Of a stretch of 64,000 nucleotides of DNA, positions 59,302-64,000 are shown piece after piece. The notes beneath the pieces are model-generated. The model was not told where the DNA came from, searched no databases, and saw only the letters and a list, made by a program, of their open reading frames with translations. The stretch covers positions 21,983 to 85,982 of IMG/VR virus record IMGVR_UViG_3300010885_069896. The stretch is one strand, 5' to 3'. The translations under genes were made by a program, and so were the position numbers. How positions within the stretch are numbered: position 1 is the first letter of the stretch; every line of letters begins with the position of its first letter. The DNA comes from a virus. Lineage: Duplodnaviria; Caudoviricetes.

Positions 59302-60432
59302 ATGTTATTTGAAGACCAAGAAATTTTCAAAAACGATTCCGGTATATATAAAATAAAAAATAATGATAATGGTAAATTTTATATAGGATCTGCAAGTAAT
59401 TTTTTAGCCCGATACAAACAGCATCTTTCTGCTTTAAAGAACAATAGACATTATAACAACATCCTCCAACACAGCTATAACAAGCATGGAAAAGAAGCAT
59501 ATAGTTTTATTATTTTAGAGATCACGACGGGTAAAACCAAAGAAGAACGGCTAGATGTCGAAGGCGTCTATCTTAAAAAATATTATGATGGTGGTAAAAC
59601 ATGCTACAATTTAACATTCAAAGCGTATTCGAGAGAAGGTTCAGTTAGCAAAACTCCAGAAAAAACAAAAGCCAAGATGAGTGTTTCTTTCAAAGAGCGA
59701 AGTAAAAATCCAGATTATATTAAACGAAAATCTGATTCTGCAAAAATAACATGGAGCTCGCAAGATTATAGAGATAAAATGGTTCAGCTTGCTAACTCTG
59801 ATAAAGCAATTGAAAGATTCGAAAAAAATTGTAAAAATAAATTATCTATAGAAAAAATGGCAATTTCAAAATCCAAGCATTGGGGTAAAGTAATATCTCC
59901 TTTTGGCATAGTTTATGAAGTGGCTAATTTAAGTCGATTTTGCAAGGAAAATAACTTGCATAAATCTGGGATGATGTCAGTTTTTAGCGGCAAATCTTAT
60001 CAATGCCTTGGGTGGCGATTATATCATAATAAATTAATAGATGTCGCATACTCTCCTGATGAGCATAGATTAGCCAAAGATTTTACTATAATAGGGCCAG
60101 ATGGCATTGAATATAAAGGTAAAAATCTTAAAGAATTCTGTAGGAAAAATAATCTATCACAGGGTAATATGCACTCTGTTATTAGTGGGAAGAATAAATC
60201 CTATAGAGGTTGGCATGTGTTGGCTACAGAAACAATGTCCGGTAAAAAAGAACATTCACTTGCAAAAGAGTTCAAATTTTTAAGTCCAGATGGAATCATT
60301 TTTGAAGGAAAAAATTTGTGTGAGTTTTGTAGAAAACACAATCTAAACCAAAGTAATATGCACTGTGTTCTTAAAGGAATTTACAAACAACATAAAGGTT
60401 GGCGGCTACCAGATAATAAAACACAATATTAA
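59302..60432 (+). CDS. Free-standing GIY-YIG homing endonuclease between the two sheath genes
   Basis: SGIYKIKN..FYIGSA..RY..H..EERLDVE..CYN; three tandem (S/G)P(D/F)G..Y...NL..FC....L....M..V..G......GW modules. Confidence 0.9.
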   Translation: MLFEDQEIFKNDSGIYKIKNNDNGKFYIGSASNFLARYKQHLSALKNNRHYNNILQHSYNKHGKEAYSFIILEITTGKTKEERLDVEGVYLKKYYDGGKTCYNLTFKAYSREGSVSKTPEKTKAKMSVSFKERSKNPDYIKRKSDSAKITWSSQDYRDKMVQLANSDKAIERFEKNCKNKLSIEKMAISKSKHWGKVISPFGIVYEVANLSRFCKENNLHKSGMMSVFSGKSYQCLGWRLYHNKLIDVAYSPDEHRLAKDFTIIGPDGIEYKGKNLKEFCRKNNLSQGNMHSVISGKNKSYRGWHVLATETMSGKKEHSLAKEFKFLSPDGIIFEGKNLCEFCRKHNLNQSNMHCVLKGIYKQHKGWRLPDNKTQY

Positions 60433-60519
60433 AAGCAAATTAAAAACAGCTGTCTTATAGGTGGTATTTTTTTTTATTCTTCTATTTATTGTTAACGTTT
60501 TAAGATTTGGAGATAAAAC

Positions 60520-63500
60520 ATGGCAAATAGCAATGGAAGTGCTGGTGTTAGCACTAGAGAGATTGATATAAGCGGAGTTTCAACAAGAACCCCAACAGGC
60601 ACACCCTCTTGTGTAATTTCGCCTACCGTACAAGGCCCAGCTTTTGTACCTACTATGGTAACAACATTATCAGATTATGTTTCAGTTTTTGGTGGTGTTA
60701 ATGCAGATACTCCACTCGGATACCTAACAGCAAGAGAATGGTTTGCTAACTCTTCTACACCGCTTGTTCAAGTAAGAGTGCTTGGTGCTGGCAAAGGTCT
60801 TGCACGTAATGCAAATGGTACCGTAACAGGCGCTGGATTCGTTGTTGGCGAACAACAACCAGTAGAAAGTGCAGCAGGAGCACTTGGTAATAATAGCTAT
60901 GCAAACACTGGCGGCGTAACAGGTAGCGTATATGTGCTAGGTTGTTTCATGTCCCAATCTGCTGCTTCGACCATTTTCTCTGATGCTGGCTTGCAAACAC
61001 TTGGACAGAATGTAGCAACCCCTATTGTTCGTGGTGTATTATTTGCTCCATCAGGCGTTGTTCTTCGTTTATCTTCAGCTGCGGCACCAAGCGCCGCCCC
61101 TGCCTCATCCTTTGTTGCTACTGAAGCTAGCTTTAGCGGAGCATTTACTGGATCGTTGAACATACAAGCCGGATCACAAAAATTTGTAATGATTCTAAAT
61201 GGCCATAAAGGCACTGATACAAGATACCCAAATGTTCTATCTGCCAGCTTTGATCCAACTGCTATTGATTATTTCCCATCAGTATTCAATACTGATCCAT
61301 TGAAAACAGAGCAAGCTGGGCACTTACTATATAGCCAATTTGACATTTTCCCATCCTTTGCTCAGCCAACAGGATCAGGTATAATAGTCGCAGCATCTGC
61401 ATCTATTTATGGTGGAGCAGGCATAGAAAACGTTGCATTCCTCGTTCCAAGCTCTGGTTCTGCTGGTACACATACTTCAAATGTTGGAACTTCTGTAACA
61501 CCAAATTATGAAGGCTTCCAAGATCGTTTTGGCAGTGCATTTTCTCCATGGGTTATCTCACAAGGATTCGGCGGAAATGCTTACGATTTATTCCGTTTCC
61601 ATCACCTCTCCGATGGGGAAGCTAGCAATAATAGCGTAAAAATCTCTATTGCTAATATTCAGCCAGGAACAGCAACGCAGCCATATGGCTTCTTCGATGT
61701 CCAGGTAAGAGGCATTGATGATCGTGATGAGCTTGGTGTGGTAAGAATATTGGAGCAATACGTAAAATGCACACTTGATCCAACAAGCCCAAATTATATT
61801 GGTAAAAAAATTGGCAGCATTCATAACTTCTTCAACTTCGACACTGATCTATTTTCACAAAAAGTGGTTACTTCTGGGGAATACCCAGTTCAATCACGCT
61901 ATGTTCGTGTAGAAATAGCTGACGCCGTCGAAGCGATGGAACTTGATTCGTCTGCAATTCCATTCGGTTTCCGTGGCCCACAACACCTTGTGACTGCTGG
62001 TAGTAGCTCTCTTTACAATATTCGTCAAGGAGATCTTTTGGTTGGAACTGGTAGCGCATATTTCAATACTGGCTCCATAGGAGAATATCCGCTTTATAAA
62101 GCTGTTCAGCCACCAGTGCCAATGAGATTGAATCTCAAAAAATCTGCCAATAGTAATGGCGTAGATTCTAACCTTTATTGGGGCGTCCACTTCCAAAATG
62201 AAGTAAGCACAACCGATCCCAATGGCAGTTCAATATTTAACCAAAGCATTCTTGGATATTCCAAATTCTATCCAAGTTTCGATGATTCATCTACCGTTCA
62301 ATTTGCGGTATATAATAATACTGGCGTAGCCGCAACTACTGCAAGTTATATTCTAGACAGCGATCAGTTCAATAACAACCTATTCACACTAGAAAAAGTT
62401 AAAGTTGTTACTGGTAGCAATGGAAAACCTGACACAAGTTCAACAGCACTTTTAAATTGGCAATATGTTCGTAACGGCGCTATTGCTGATGATAACGCAA
62501 CTAAAACAAGAGCTCTAAGAGTAAGCGACTTGGTCAATAACGCTCCTGCTCAATCACTTGCCAAATTCTCCTTTTATCTAGAAAGAGGATTTGATGGTGT
62601 TCGTGTCTTTAACAACGGCACAAGATACCTAAAAAACATTGCCGCCGCTCAAGAAATTGATCAGACAAGCCGTGGATTGACTGATGGCGCTACTGTACAA
62701 AGCTATCTCAAATCATTGAGTATTGTTTCGGATGTAAATGAAGTAAACATGCAACTGCTTGTTATCCCAGGTATGCGTGAACGTTTTATCACAGACACAG
62801 CAATTACCACAGTAGAAAAAGATCGTTTTGATTGTTTCTACATCATGGATATCGAACAGTTCAGTTCTGTAGGTAGCCCATTGACCGGCTCTTATGATAA
62901 TGTCAGTGTCACGCAAACAGCACAGGACTTCTCAAATCGTGGAGTGAACTCTAGCTTTGCTGCTGCATATTTCCCAGACGTAAATATTCGTTTGGACAAT
63001 GGTGTAGTATATGAAAAAATGCCACCATCAGTTGTAGTGTTTGGTGTCTATGGCAACAACGACACGGTTGGTCAGGTGTTCAATGCTCCAGCTGGTTATA
63101 CTCGTGCAAGACTTGGAAACGTTACAGACTTTGCGGCAGTCATTGATAAACCAAATGCCGATACTCTATACGTTACAAGCATTAACCCTCTTCTATCTAA
63201 ACCAGGAGTAGGGCCTGTGGTATGGGGTCAAAAAACAACCCTAGCCAAAGAGTCGCTACTTAATCGTGTAAACGTGAGAAGACTACTTATCGCTATCCGT
63301 AGAGAGGTTCGTGCAGTTGGTAATCAATTTATGTTTGAGCCAGCTAGAGAAGAAACTCTTAAAGCATTCAATGCAGCTGTTCAGCCAATCATGCAACGCT
63401 ATCAAGCTGCTGGCGGCGTACAAAAATACAAAGTTGTTATCGATGCATCAACCACAACCCAGGCCGATTTGGATAATAAAACCCTTCGTGGTAAAATCTT

Positions 63501-63576
63501 CCTTATCCCTACCACCTCACTTGAATTTTTGTCAATAGACTTCGTTGTGAGCAACAGAGAAAATTTTGTCGGTTAG
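60520..63576 (+). CDS. gp18: Tail sheath protein 2 (gp18-like paralogue)
   Basis: GVSTREIDIS...GPAFVP N-terminus; FNAPAGYTRA...INPL...VWGQKT...LNRVNVRRLL...FEP...PTTSLEFLSIDF C-terminus. Confidence 0.92.
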   Translation: MANSNGSAGVSTREIDISGVSTRTPTGTPSCVISPTVQGPAFVPTMVTTLSDYVSVFGGVNADTPLGYLTAREWFANSSTPLVQVRVLGAGKGLARNANGTVTGAGFVVGEQQPVESAAGALGNNSYANTGGVTGSVYVLGCFMSQSAASTIFSDAGLQTLGQNVATPIVRGVLFAPSGVVLRLSSAAAPSAAPASSFVATEASFSGAFTGSLNIQAGSQKFVMILNGHKGTDTRYPNVLSASFDPTAIDYFPSVFNTDPLKTEQAGHLLYSQFDIFPSFAQPTGSGIIVAASASIYGGAGIENVAFLVPSSGSAGTHTSNVGTSVTPNYEGFQDRFGSAFSPWVISQGFGGNAYDLFRFHHLSDGEASNNSVKISIANIQPGTATQPYGFFDVQVRGIDDRDELGVVRILEQYVKCTLDPTSPNYIGKKIGSIHNFFNFDTDLFSQKVVTSGEYPVQSRYVRVEIADAVEAMELDSSAIPFGFRGPQHLVTAGSSSLYNIRQGDLLVGTGSAYFNTGSIGEYPLYKAVQPPVPMRLNLKKSANSNGVDSNLYWGVHFQNEVSTTDPNGSSIFNQSILGYSKFYPSFDDSSTVQFAVYNNTGVAATTASYILDSDQFNNNLFTLEKVKVVTGSNGKPDTSSTALLNWQYVRNGAIADDNATKTRALRVSDLVNNAPAQSLAKFSFYLERGFDGVRVFNNGTRYLKNIAAAQEIDQTSRGLTDGATVQSYLKSLSIVSDVNEVNMQLLVIPGMRERFITDTAITTVEKDRFDCFYIMDIEQFSSVGSPLTGSYDNVSVTQTAQDFSNRGVNSSFAAAYFPDVNIRLDNGVVYEKMPPSVVVFGVYGNNDTVGQVFNAPAGYTRARLGNVTDFAAVIDKPNADTLYVTSINPLLSKPGVGPVVWGQKTTLAKESLLNRVNVRRLLIAIRREVRAVGNQFMFEPAREETLKAFNAAVQPIMQRYQAAGGVQKYKVVIDASTTTQADLDNKTLRGKIFLIPTTSLEFLSIDFVVSNRENFVG

Positions 63577-63607
63577 CTGACAACAGACCAGTAAAATGGT
63601 TATAATT

Positions 63608-63640
63608 AAGCCGGGGACTAATAATCCCCGGCTTTTTTAT
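63608..63640 (+). terminator. Rho-independent terminator after sheath gene 2
   Basis: AAGCCGGGGA-(7 nt)-TCCCCGGCTT, a 10-bp stem followed by a T-run. Confidence 0.85.
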
Positions 63641-63773
63641 TTAATGTTTCTATATCTTTCTTCCATATAAAACCATTGGCAGATTTACATTTACCGGTGC
63701 AGCAAGAACTTATGGATGAAAGATTTGTACCTGTTTCTTTTGCGGCAAGTGACATTAGAGGCCATGATTTTAT
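63618..63773 (-). pseudogene. 3' remnant (NUMOD1 domain) of an endonuclease gene, interrupted upstream
   Basis: IKSWPLMSLAAKETGTNLSSISSCCTGKCKSANGFIWK matches the NUMOD1 pattern also seen in 46194; the sequence just upstream is an IS-like hairpin rather than an endonuclease N-terminus. Confidence 0.5.
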
Positions 63774-64000
63774 TGCATGAGCAGAAAACCCACAGGCTCG
63801 TCCTGTGGGATGAATGCGATTCATTTTAAATTATTTAAACAAAAACATATTTTGCATAATAATTAAAAACATCGGAGCAATTAATTTTTCCGATATCGTT
63901 CGGAACGAACGATTACGAGCATGGAGAGAATGTAAAACCAACTGGTTTACCAGCGGTAATTTTCAGTGAAGTGCTTAAAGTTCTAGAGACAAACTCTTTA
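63774..64000 (+). mobile_element. Probable IS200/IS605-family left end plus tnpB-tail remnant (non-autonomous; runs off the window)
   Basis: TTTAT at 63769-63773, then GAAAA-CCCACAGG-CTCGT-CCTGTGGG-ATGAAT hairpin; short ORF 63814..63969 ends IKNIG...VRNERLRAWRECKT, reminiscent of tnpB 3' tails (pattern recognition only). Confidence 0.45.

Noticed and set aside
63774-63824. MNRIHPTGRACGFSAH as the real N-terminus of a 68-aa gene
   Set aside because: It is a translation of the IS-like palindrome; only the downstream NUMOD1 part looks like real protein.
1-64000. Stop-codon reassignment, as seen in some jumbo phages
   Set aside because: ORFs over 1000 codons are open in the standard code, and TAG, TGA and TAA each end genes at sensible positions (e.g. 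TAG at 36823-36825, TGA at 4572-4574).
1-64000. CRISPR arrays, tRNA or rRNA genes
   Set aside because: No spaced direct repeats or cloverleaf/rRNA signatures were seen; intergenic gaps are short and the repeats found are in-frame coding tracts.

Overview
AT-rich DNA from a large T4-like (jumbo) contractile-tailed phage, read with the standard genetic code; this is its morphogenesis region. The + strand carries a baseplate/tail block (gp25-like, gp6-like, gp7-like plus about 13 kb of unassigned large ORFs). A minus-strand island follows, with a phage GroEL chaperonin and small unknown genes. Then come the head module (portal, prohead protease, three tandem paralogues, scaffold, major capsid protein), a methyltransferase/GNAT-like/HNH cassette, neck and tail-completion genes, and two tail sheath paralogues. 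Selfish elements are dense: 7 GIY-YIG endonuclease genes (one fused to a DNA methyltransferase), a free HNH gene, 3 HNH-type inteins in the portal, a LAGLIDADG intein in GroEL, and a probable non-autonomous IS200/IS605 remnant at the right edge. Best leads: two inteins that start with Pro instead of Cys/Ser (the GroEL one has the full class-3 W-C-T signature; the portal one has only the block-F Cys and looks derived from a class-1 HNH lineage), RBS-sequestering hairpins before several endonuclease genes, a probable AUA start on the gp14-like gene, and a shared N-terminal head-targeting/LxE motif also found on a HAD enzyme. All calls come from reading motifs by eye; no database searches were run.
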